From Patescibacteria group bacterium (GTDB lineage: Bacteria > Patescibacteriota > UBA1384 > XYA2-FULL-43-10), in assembly GCA_041674405.1 (NCBI GenBank), contig JBAYVT010000001.1, positions 1-32,000 on the forward strand: DNA of 32,000 bases, written 5' to 3'. Under the pieces are notes generated by a model. That model searched no databases. It was not told the DNA's origin and saw nothing but the letters and a program-made list of their open reading frames with translations. Made by a program: the position numbers and the translations under genes. Numbering within the stretch: position 1 is the first letter of the stretch; each line of letters opens with the position of its first letter. Below, in pieces: positions 24,333-32,000 of the stretch.

Positions 24333-25343
24333 TTATTGTTCTTTTGCCCATAAAATGGATTTTTTGTACGATTCCAGATTGTCCAGGGCGATTCCGGCGC
24401 CTTTTACACAACATAACTCCGGATCCTCGGCTGTTTCGCATGGAACGCCCGTAACCCGCGTCATGAGTGTGTCTAAATCGCGCAGCTTTGCACCGCCGCC
24501 TGTCAGTATAATTCCTTTATCCATAACATCCGAGGCTAGTTCGGGGGGGGTTTTCTGAAGAACCTCTTTTACAGCATTTATTATTTCCAAAAGAGGAGAC
24601 TTCACAGCCTTAACCATATCTTCCGAAGAAATCATTATGCTTTCCGGTAAACCCGTTACGGCATTTGATCCCGAAATTTCCGTTTTTTGTTCCCTCTTTA
24701 CCGGCATAGCGGAGCCAATTTTCTTTTTTATTTCTTCTGCTGTCTGGTCGCCGATAATCAGATTGAATTTTTTACGAATGTAATTCGCAATAGCGGAATC
24801 AATTTTCATTCCACCAACTCTCGCAGAGGATGAGGCTACGATATCTCCAAGTGCGATTACCGCAACTTCTGATGTCCCACCGCCAATGTCTATAATCATA
24901 TTGCCTGAGGCGGTGGCTATCGGAATTCCTGCGCCAAGCGCGGCGGCGATAGGTTGCTTGATAATATAAGCGTGTTTTGCTCCTGCAGAAATACAAGCAT
25001 CAACAACGGCACGCTTTTCAGTAGAAGTGACCCCTGCCGGGACAGTAATCATGACCTCTGGCTTTGAAAATCGAATCCTACCGAGAATTCTATCTAGAAA
25101 ATTTTTTAGCATTGATTCGGTAACTTTGTAATTTGCAATCACACCATCCTTCAATGGATATGCTGCAATAATACTCTCTGGTGTCCGCCCCAACATTTCT
25201 TTTGCGTTCTGCCCTATCGCCATAATTTTATTGTCTGATGCTTGCAAAGCAACAACAGAAGGCTCGTTTATTACAACGCCTTTTTTGGGCAAATAGACGA
25301 GAACGTTCGTGGTCCCCAGATCGATTGCGACTTTTTTCGACAT
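24333..25343 (-). CDS. mreB: Rod shape-determining protein MreB
   Basis: 336 aa actin-like ATPase; IDLGTTNVLVY, VPAGVTSTEKRAV, NMIIDIGGGTSEVAVI, ILTGGGAKLRDLD. Confidence 0.95.
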   Translation of the reverse strand: MSKKVAIDLGTTNVLVYLPKKGVVINEPSVVALQASDNKIMAIGQNAKEMLGRTPESIIAAYPLKDGVIANYKVTESMLKNFLDRILGRIRFSKPEVMITVPAGVTSTEKRAVVDACISAGAKHAYIIKQPIAAALGAGIPIATASGNMIIDIGGGTSEVAVIALGDIVASSSARVGGMKIDSAIANYIRKKFNLIIGDQTAEEIKKKIGSAMPVKREQKTEISGSNAVTGLPESIMISSEDMVKAVKSPLLEIINAVKEVLQKTPPELASDVMDKGIILTGGGAKLRDLDTLMTRVTGVPCETAEDPELCCVKGAGIALDNLESYKKSILWAKEQ

Positions 25344-26602
25344 TATTTCCTTACAATATTAGTCCCAAGCGAATGAAGTTTCTCGTCGATTTTTTCATAT
25401 CCACGGTCAATTAGTTCAATGTTGTTTATGGTGGTGGTTCCATTAGCGATCAAGGCAGCTGCTACAAGCGCTGCTCCGCCACGAATGTCATTGCTTTCGA
25501 TTTCGCACCCCACAAGTGGCTCTGGCCCATAAACATAGACGATGTGCGGGCTTTCAACAGCAATGTTTGCGCCCATTTTTTTAAGCTCGCTAATGTATGC
25601 AAATCTGCTTTCGAAAAGAGTTTCAAATATCCTGGTTGGCCCGTCTGACTGGGTGGAGAGAGCGGCATAAACTGATTGTAAATCTGTTGGAAAGCCTGGA
25701 TATGTCCGCGGGTCAATATCGATGGATTCTAGTTCACCGCGTTTTTGGGTGATAATATTATATTTCCCATCTTTGTTTTTGATGCTGAAATTAGCACCCA
25801 TGTCAGCAAGCTTTTTAAGCACAATTGCCATATGGTCCGGTATGACATCGTAGATTTCTATACAAGAATTTGTGGCAACTGCCATGCAGAGAAAAGTTCC
25901 TGCCTCAATACGGTCTGGTATAACCCGATGCGTTACCCCATGAAGTTCACTCACACCTTCAATCGTAAGTTTGTGGGTGTCTTTTCCCTGGATTTTTGCG
26001 CCCATTGAATTTAGAAAATCAATCAAATCGCCTATCTCTGGCTCAGCATTGGCAACGGAAATGGTCGTGGTTCCACTGGCCATCACAGCAGTCATAATGG
26101 CGTTTTCTGTTGCTGTTACCGAAAGTTCGGGCAATATAATATCGGCCGCCTTTGGTTTTCCGGTCAAAGAATATGAATCGTCATGCTCTTCAACGCTTAT
26201 TTCGAATTGTTTCATGACGTTTAAATGGCTATCGATAGGCCGTGCCCCTATCAGGCATCCGCCGGGTTGGGCAAATGTAACTTTGCCAAATTTTCCGACC
26301 ATTGGCCCGGCCATTACTATTGATCCCCTCAGTTTCTTGGTTAAATTTCTATCCAAGTTTGTGCTGTTTATTGGCCGAGGGTCTATGGTAACAGAATTTC
26401 CATCGACATCAATTTTGGCACCGATCGATCTGATAATGTCCTCAAGGGTACGAATATCAGCGATATTAGGAACATTGTGAATAGTTGAAGGAGAATCCGC
26501 CATGATTGCTGCGGGAATTATTTTGAGGGCGGCATTTTTAGCCCCGGAAACTTTGACCATTCCCGATAAATCGGCGCTTCCTTCAATTACAAATTTTGCC
26601 AT
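25343..26602 (-). CDS. murA: UDP-N-acetylglucosamine 1-carboxyvinyltransferase
   Basis: 419 aa; VSGAKNAALKI, catalytic Cys region QPGGCLIGARPID, C-terminal DIRGGAALVAAALIA...IDRGYEKIDEKL. Confidence 0.96.
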   Translation of the reverse strand: MAKFVIEGSADLSGMVKVSGAKNAALKIIPAAIMADSPSTIHNVPNIADIRTLEDIIRSIGAKIDVDGNSVTIDPRPINSTNLDRNLTKKLRGSIVMAGPMVGKFGKVTFAQPGGCLIGARPIDSHLNVMKQFEISVEEHDDSYSLTGKPKAADIILPELSVTATENAIMTAVMASGTTTISVANAEPEIGDLIDFLNSMGAKIQGKDTHKLTIEGVSELHGVTHRVIPDRIEAGTFLCMAVATNSCIEIYDVIPDHMAIVLKKLADMGANFSIKNKDGKYNIITQKRGELESIDIDPRTYPGFPTDLQSVYAALSTQSDGPTRIFETLFESRFAYISELKKMGANIAVESPHIVYVYGPEPLVGCEIESNDIRGGAALVAAALIANGTTTINNIELIDRGYEKIDEKLHSLGTNIVRK

Positions 26603-26744
26603 ATTTTTTCCTTGATAAATTCAGTTACATTCTATTCTAAATAGCTACTAAATTCAAGATGAGTATCATTTGTGGCGCAGAGATTAATGACAGCACAATT
26701 TACAACTTATAGCCATATTCCAGCTATTGTGCTATATTTTTTTC

Positions 26745-27461
26745 ATGACTAATAAAAGAGTTAAGCGGTTACCAAAAATTATTCTAGGGCAACTGGCCGT
26801 AATACTTGTAATTGTGATAATTGCGTCTGGGCTTATTTTTTATGCCCAAGGATATAAGATCAACTTGAAAAATTTTAAGGTTATTCGCACAGGAATGATA
26901 CTGCTGGTTACAGACCCGACTCCGGATCATATTGTTATTAATGGCATAGAAGAAAATAACACGAGCGAGTACTCTAAAACTTTCACATCTGGTTATTATG
27001 ATATCACCATATCAAAAGATAAATACCAGAATTGGCACAGATCTGTTTTTATTGATCCTGGAAAACTTGTAACGTTTAAAGAGATAAAACTATTTCTAAA
27101 AGATCCAGAAGTCTCTGAGCTGACTGATCAGTCAAAAATTAATTTTTTGAATACTCCAAATAGCTATTTGGCCGAAAATTCCACAAACGACCTTACATTT
27201 AATCGGTACGAAATTTGGGTTAATGGATCACTGCTAACGCGATTTTCATCTCAAATAAATTCACCAATGTGGTATCCTGACGACGATCATATCGTATATC
27301 AAATTGGTAACGAGATTCACGTTATTGATAAATCTGGATATAACGACACAAAGCTCGTTACTCTGAGCACCAACAATCCTACTCGATTTACAATCGGCAA
27401 TAAGGGAAGAGAGCTATATTTTCTAGATGGTGAAAGTTATAAGATAGCCGATATCCGATAA
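26745..27461 (+). CDS. Membrane-anchored PEGA-like domain protein
   Basis: N-terminal TM after MTNKRVKRL; beta-rich segment with INGIEENNTSEYSKTFTSGYYDITISKDKYQNWHRSV resembling PEGA repeats; track ORF starts at 26727. Confidence 0.55.
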   Translation: MTNKRVKRLPKIILGQLAVILVIVIIASGLIFYAQGYKINLKNFKVIRTGMILLVTDPTPDHIVINGIEENNTSEYSKTFTSGYYDITISKDKYQNWHRSVFIDPGKLVTFKEIKLFLKDPEVSELTDQSKINFLNTPNSYLAENSTNDLTFNRYEIWVNGSLLTRFSSQINSPMWYPDDDHIVYQIGNEIHVIDKSGYNDTKLVTLSTNNPTRFTIGNKGRELYFLDGESYKIADIR

Positions 27462-27462
27462 C

Positions 27463-28230
27463 CTATCTCGCATAAGGCAGAGTCTGGCTGTCAGTTTTGT
27501 TTTTGTTGATGTTGTTCAGGGCTGGGTCGGGATTCGTTTGCGATGCAACAATAACAAGGCGATTTATGCTAGTTCCGACTGGTGTGCATGTGACAAGTGT
27601 AAGAATTGAGTCTTTTCCCTGATTCAAAACAGACAGATCGTCAGGTTTCGTAATGAAAATTTTCGAAACGGTATAAGTGAAAAGCCTGCTTTGATATTTG
27701 ATAAAAATTTTATCACCGACAACAACCCTATTTAATGTTGCAAAAATACTTTTATATTTTCCCGGAGCCCAAAGATAGTTCGAACTATGTCCCGTAATAA
27801 ATATGTTTCCAATTTCTCCCGGGTCGGCAGTTCCTGCCAAATGTATTGTGCCGTTTTCGAGAGCTTTTGATGTGGTATCAGGGCTGTTAACCACGTCCCA
27901 AGTGATTGGAGCATTAATTCCAATTCTTTGCACATAAATTGTGTTGTCTGAAATCGATATTGTTCCGGAGCGCGAGCCCGATGCATTATTGTCGTTGGTA
28001 GTTGTGCCACTACTTGTAACGCCGGGGTTTTCTGAAGTTCCTTGTGAAATGTCGCTTTTATACCAATAATTAATTTTTGTAAGTACCGCTGGACCATTGA
28101 TTAAAAGAAAAACACCAGCAGCCAAAAAAATCGTGAGAATTATATATAAAGCATATAAAGAACGGCGAGGATTTTTATTTTTTTTCCCCGCAAAAATGTT
28201 TTCAAGATCCTGTTCGGTAAATGATTTCAT
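27463..28230 (-). CDS. Sortase family protein
   Basis: 255 aa; N-terminal TM, catalytic triad pattern FITGHSSN...TLVTCTPVG...INRLVIVA. Confidence 0.92.
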   Translation of the reverse strand: MKSFTEQDLENIFAGKKNKNPRRSLYALYIILTIFLAAGVFLLINGPAVLTKINYWYKSDISQGTSENPGVTSSGTTTNDNNASGSRSGTISISDNTIYVQRIGINAPITWDVVNSPDTTSKALENGTIHLAGTADPGEIGNIFITGHSSNYLWAPGKYKSIFATLNRVVVGDKIFIKYQSRLFTYTVSKIFITKPDDLSVLNQGKDSILTLVTCTPVGTSINRLVIVASQTNPDPALNNINKNKTDSQTLPYAR

Positions 28231-28249
28231 ATATGATGTTTATATTTGA

Positions 28250-28334
28250 TGGTGCCGCAGCCCGGACTCGAACCGGGATGGATTTCTCCACACGATTTTG
28301 AGTCGTGCGTGTCTACCAATTCCACCACAGCGGC
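28250..28334 (-). tRNA. tRNA-Leu (anticodon CAA)
   Basis: GCCGCTGTGGTGGAATTGGTAGACACGCACGACTCAAAATCGTGTGG...CCCGGTTCGAGTCCGGGCTGCGGCACCA; anticodon stem CACGA/TCGTG, T-arm and encoded CCA; one apparent U-U mismatch in the acceptor stem. Confidence 0.95.
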
Positions 28335-28423
28335 GCAGTTAATTATCACTCGTTAATTCTAGCAAAAAATCGGTTTAAACTCAATTGTAAATTATTGTAT
28401 AATGGTTCGGGAGGGATTTTTTA

Positions 28424-30025
28424 ATGTTTGAAAATAATCTATTTAAACGTTCCAAAAACAACGGCTTTAAAAAGTCTCCGCTTGTGTTGATTGTTTTAGA
28501 TGGTTGGGGAATCGCCCCGTCTTGGGGAGGAAATGCAATAACATTATCATCTACTCCGGTGTTTGATGGTCTCTTGCGTGAATATCCATCCACCGCCCTA
28601 CAAGCTTCTGGCCTAGCTGTTGGCCTTCCGGACGGCGCGCCTGGCAACTCTGAAGCTGGACATTTAAATATCGGGGCTGGAAGAATTGTACACCAAGATA
28701 TCTCACTTATCGATTCAGCGATAGAAAACGGAGATTTTTTTAAAAACGATATTCTCCGTGAAACATATGAACATGCAGAAAAAAACGAGAGCAACATTCA
28801 CATTATGGGGCTCTTGTCTGATGTTGGCACGCATAGCCACATACGGCATCTGGATGCATTGCTTAAGTATTTTAAAGATAAAAATTTTAATCGGATATAC
28901 ATTCATCTTTTTTCTGATGGCAGAGATTCTGATCCGATGTATGGAATTGAGCTAATTGGCAAGGTTAACAAAATAATTGAAGGCGCTGGTATTGGCAGGA
29001 TCGAATCTATCATGGGCCGTTTTTATGCAATGGACCGCGATAACCGCTGGGGGCGCACAGCCCGTGCTTATAATTGTTTTGTCCGATCTGAGGCAGAATC
29101 GGTAGAAAACGCTAACGAAGTTTTTTCCAGATCATATGCTGCTGGCACAACCGATGAATTTATTGAGCCAAGAATAATTAATAATAAAAATTTTCATTTC
29201 GTTCCCATCCGGGATAATGATTCAATAATAATTTTTAATTTTAGATATGACAGGGTCAACCAACTAATTGATTGTTTCGTTAAAGATTCGATTGATCGCT
29301 TTCCCGACCATAGAAAGCTCCAAAACCTTTTTGTTTCTTCCTTTGCGAACAGCTCTGATATGACAAAATTTAAAACGATTATACAAGCTCCTAAAATAGA
29401 AAATCCGATTGCCAAAGTTTTATCAGAAAACGGCTTGAAGCAATTACATATTGCTGAAACAGAGAAATTTCCTCATGTAACCTATTTTTTTAATGGTGGC
29501 ATTGATGAGGCAAACAAGAATGAAGACCGGTTAAGAATTCCCTCGCCCAAGGTTCGAACATACGACCTTAAGCCTGAAATGAGTGCCGATAAGGTTTTAA
29601 AGTCTGTACTCTCTGCGCTGAATAAAAATATTTATGATTTTTATGTTGTAAATTTTGCCAATCCTGACATGGTGGGCCATACCGGAAATTTAAAGGCTAC
29701 CATGCACGCTGTTTCGTTCGTCGACCAGTGCCTTGGACAGATAATACTTAGTATCCAGAGTAAAAACGGAACCGCGGTAATATGCGCTGACCATGGTAAC
29801 GCCGAACAAATGGTTAATCCGCAAACCGGTGATCCGGATACGGAACACACGACCAATCCTGTTCCGTTTATTGTGGTAAGTGATAATTTGAAAGATAAAA
29901 TTTCACTCAACTCAAACGGCTCGTTATCAAATATTGCCCCGAGTATTTTGGATCTTTTGAATATAGATGTTCCAAATGAAATGAAAACCAAAGAAAGTTT
30001 AATCATAAAACGGGAGATGATTTAG
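28424..30025 (+). CDS. gpmI: 2,3-bisphosphoglycerate-independent phosphoglycerate mutase
   Basis: 533 aa with canonical motifs: VLDGWG, NSEAGHLNIGAGR, SDVGTHSH, SDGRDSDP, MGRFYAMDRDNRW, FNFRYDR, TEKFPHVTYFFNGG, NPDMVGHTG, ADHGNAE, EHTTNPVP. Confidence 0.97.
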   Translation: MFENNLFKRSKNNGFKKSPLVLIVLDGWGIAPSWGGNAITLSSTPVFDGLLREYPSTALQASGLAVGLPDGAPGNSEAGHLNIGAGRIVHQDISLIDSAIENGDFFKNDILRETYEHAEKNESNIHIMGLLSDVGTHSHIRHLDALLKYFKDKNFNRIYIHLFSDGRDSDPMYGIELIGKVNKIIEGAGIGRIESIMGRFYAMDRDNRWGRTARAYNCFVRSEAESVENANEVFSRSYAAGTTDEFIEPRIINNKNFHFVPIRDNDSIIIFNFRYDRVNQLIDCFVKDSIDRFPDHRKLQNLFVSSFANSSDMTKFKTIIQAPKIENPIAKVLSENGLKQLHIAETEKFPHVTYFFNGGIDEANKNEDRLRIPSPKVRTYDLKPEMSADKVLKSVLSALNKNIYDFYVVNFANPDMVGHTGNLKATMHAVSFVDQCLGQIILSIQSKNGTAVICADHGNAEQMVNPQTGDPDTEHTTNPVPFIVVSDNLKDKISLNSNGSLSNIAPSILDLLNIDVPNEMKTKESLIIKREMI

Positions 30026-31591
30026 TTGGAAAAGATTACTTCGAAAAAAGTTTGTTTGATAATACTGGACGGCTGGGGTTTCTCGCTAAATCGCGCTGGA
30101 AATGCAATTTTTTTAGCTGGCCCAAGGAACTTCGATAATTTATGGCAATCATATGGCCATGCAGTTCTATCGACTCATAGCAATTTACAGAAAAATAACG
30201 ATGATAGTATTAATTCTCAAATTTGTTATACACAAATCTCGGCTGGTCGATTTGTTAAAAGCGAATCTCAAATCATTGCTGATGAATTTACGAGCGGAAA
30301 TTTTTTAGAAAATGAGGTTTTAAACAACACATTTTTAAATGCAATTTCCCATGACTCAAACGTTCATTTTGTTTGTCCAATAGATGAAAGTGAATATTCC
30401 CTGGAATATATATATGGCCTTCTAAAAATGGCATCATCGTATCAGGAGGTTTCTGTATATATCCACTTGGTAATTTCAAAGGATAACTCATACCAGGAAC
30501 TTTACCAAGTCCTGGACAAGATAAAAGATTCTACCTCAAAGACCAGTAATTGCATCATTGCATCAATATTCGGAAGTGATTATTCAGCGTATGACATAAC
30601 GGAATATTCAAAAATTCTTTCGGCCTACAATGCAATCATTTGGGGCGAAGGAAAACAATATTTTGAGATATCGCAAGTCCTAAAGTCCAACGAGGAAAAA
30701 AATGTCAGACCCCACCAAATTGAGCCATCCATTATCGTAAACGATGGTAAAGCCGTAGGAATTTCATCAGATTTCGATAACTTTATATTTAGTTCAGTAA
30801 CAGGTGAACCAGTCAAAATGCTTTTTATATCTCTGGCTAATGGTATAAAAAGCGTAAAATCACGCCGAAAATTTAATCTTAAGCTTATTCCGTTTGCTGA
30901 TTATTTACACACTAAAAGTGTAAGTTGTGATCATGTATTCAAAAGTGTGGCAATATCGCCAAACTTATCGGAGATTATTAGTAAGTCTGGGATTGGTCAA
31001 TTTCACGTTGGGGAAAGCATAAATGAAGATGAAGTAAGTTTTTATTTTAATGGCAGGATATCAAATAATTTTCCTGAAGAAAAAATTATGATTGTCACGT
31101 CTTCTGAAAACTCTGCAAAGAACCATGGTTTGTCTTCGTCTTATATTGCCAAAGTAACGATTGACCAAATGATGAAGAACAAAGAGTGTTTTATTGTCGC
31201 CGGCTTTGCAAATGTTGATTATTTTGCTCATACTAAAGATGTGAGATCTACCGCCTTGGCAGTAGCCGCGCTTGATGATTGTTTAAAATTAATTTATGAC
31301 GCATCGATAAGAACAAACACAACTCTGGTGATTACGGGAAGTCACGGAAACGCGGAAAATATGGCAAGAAGTGCCAATTTAGATACGTTCTCGAAAAGTC
31401 CTGTTCCTTTCATTGTCGTTTCACCGGAAACGAGAAAAAACACAACCTCTCAATTCAGACAGGTAAATTTTTCAAGCATGATTTCTTTGAAACATTCAAT
31501 TTGTGATATTGCCCCAACAATTTTAAACATCATGGATATTAAAATTCCATCAGAGTTTTCCGGGAGAAGTCTTATAAATTATTTAGAATAG
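30026..31591 (+). CDS. Diverged GpmI-like paralogue, probable catalytically inactive
   Basis: 521 aa from TTG immediately after gpmI stop; retains ILDGWG, NFANVD/AHT-like, SHGNAENM, SPVPFIVVSP but lacks most active-site motifs. Confidence 0.85.
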   Translation: MEKITSKKVCLIILDGWGFSLNRAGNAIFLAGPRNFDNLWQSYGHAVLSTHSNLQKNNDDSINSQICYTQISAGRFVKSESQIIADEFTSGNFLENEVLNNTFLNAISHDSNVHFVCPIDESEYSLEYIYGLLKMASSYQEVSVYIHLVISKDNSYQELYQVLDKIKDSTSKTSNCIIASIFGSDYSAYDITEYSKILSAYNAIIWGEGKQYFEISQVLKSNEEKNVRPHQIEPSIIVNDGKAVGISSDFDNFIFSSVTGEPVKMLFISLANGIKSVKSRRKFNLKLIPFADYLHTKSVSCDHVFKSVAISPNLSEIISKSGIGQFHVGESINEDEVSFYFNGRISNNFPEEKIMIVTSSENSAKNHGLSSSYIAKVTIDQMMKNKECFIVAGFANVDYFAHTKDVRSTALAVAALDDCLKLIYDASIRTNTTLVITGSHGNAENMARSANLDTFSKSPVPFIVVSPETRKNTTSQFRQVNFSSMISLKHSICDIAPTILNIMDIKIPSEFSGRSLINYLE

Positions 31592-31598
31592 AGGCACA

Positions 31599-32000
31599 AT
31601 GCAAACCACAATCGAAGTATCGGCTCGCCACATTCATCTTACTGCGGAAGATTTTGAAAAATTATTTGGAAAATCTGAAATGTCGATACGAAATAATTTA
31701 AGCCAAAAGGGTGAATTTGCCTCAAATGAAACCCTTGAGGTTGTTGGTCCCAAAAGCAGAATTGTTAAGGTTCGGGTTCTTGGCCCGTTTAGGGAAAAAT
31801 CACAATTGGAAATATCCAGGACTGATAGCGTATCCTTGGGAATAGATGCTCCCTATTTAGAATCTGGCGATGGAAACGGAGCTAGAATTAGAATTATAGG
31901 ATCTAAAGGTGAAATTATCGATAATATAGCTATTGTTGCCATGCGCCATATTCACTTATCTCCCCTAAATGCACAAAAAGCCGGAGTATCCGACGGGGAC
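31599..32000 (+). CDS. pduL: PduL-type phosphate acyltransferase (phosphotransacylase), truncated by window end
   Basis: 134 codons open to the edge: MQTTIEVSARHIHLTAEDFEKLFG...ETLEVVGPKSRIVKVRVLGPFREKSQLEISRTDSVSLGI...AIVAMRHIHLSPLNAQKAGVSDGD; paired HxH motifs of PduL. Confidence 0.92.
   Translation, partial: MQTTIEVSARHIHLTAEDFEKLFGKSEMSIRNNLSQKGEFASNETLEVVGPKSRIVKVRVLGPFREKSQLEISRTDSVSLGIDAPYLESGDGNGARIRIIGSKGEIIDNIAIVAMRHIHLSPLNAQKAGVSDGD

Noticed and set aside
24236-24454. Plus-strand 72-aa ORF over the CACAGA cluster
   Set aside because: Runs through repeat sequence and into antisense mreB; no coding evidence.

Overview
This 32 kb window is AT-rich and gene-dense, with small genes and typical bacterial signals. 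I read it as a monoderm, CPR/Patescibacteria-like genome; that assignment is inference only. The housekeeping part encodes a DsbA-like thiol oxidoreductase, TypA/BipA, a DEAD-box helicase, pyruvate phosphate dikinase, a DUF2207 membrane protein, three glycosyltransferases, MreB, MurA, a sortase, tRNA-Leu(CAA), GpmI and a truncated PduL-type phosphotransacylase. Main highlights: (1) A heliorhodopsin gene with the retinal lysine in VAKSLLAWQ and the counterion Glu in RWIEY sits in a tight co-directional cluster with an ABC-2 exporter, a PLDc_N-like protein and a small SPW-like protein absent from the ORF track. (2) Six GC-rich genes without recognisable homologues are spliced between transcription units. 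Each has its own AT-rich promoter with an extended -10 (TGT-TANNNN), nearly always with N17 spacing to a -35, and a good Shine-Dalgarno; most are followed by a terminator-like hairpin. They look like autonomous 'moron-like' cassettes and are my best candidate for an undescribed phenomenon. (3) A second, directly adjacent GpmI-like gene has lost most catalytic and metal-binding residues and looks like a pseudo-enzyme. (4) An unannotated intergenic region near 17.6-17.82 kb has multiple helices and competing CCGAAG/CTTCGG pairings, making it a candidate structured RNA. No CRISPR array, transposase or integrase was seen. Everything is by-eye reading; no database or folding program was run.
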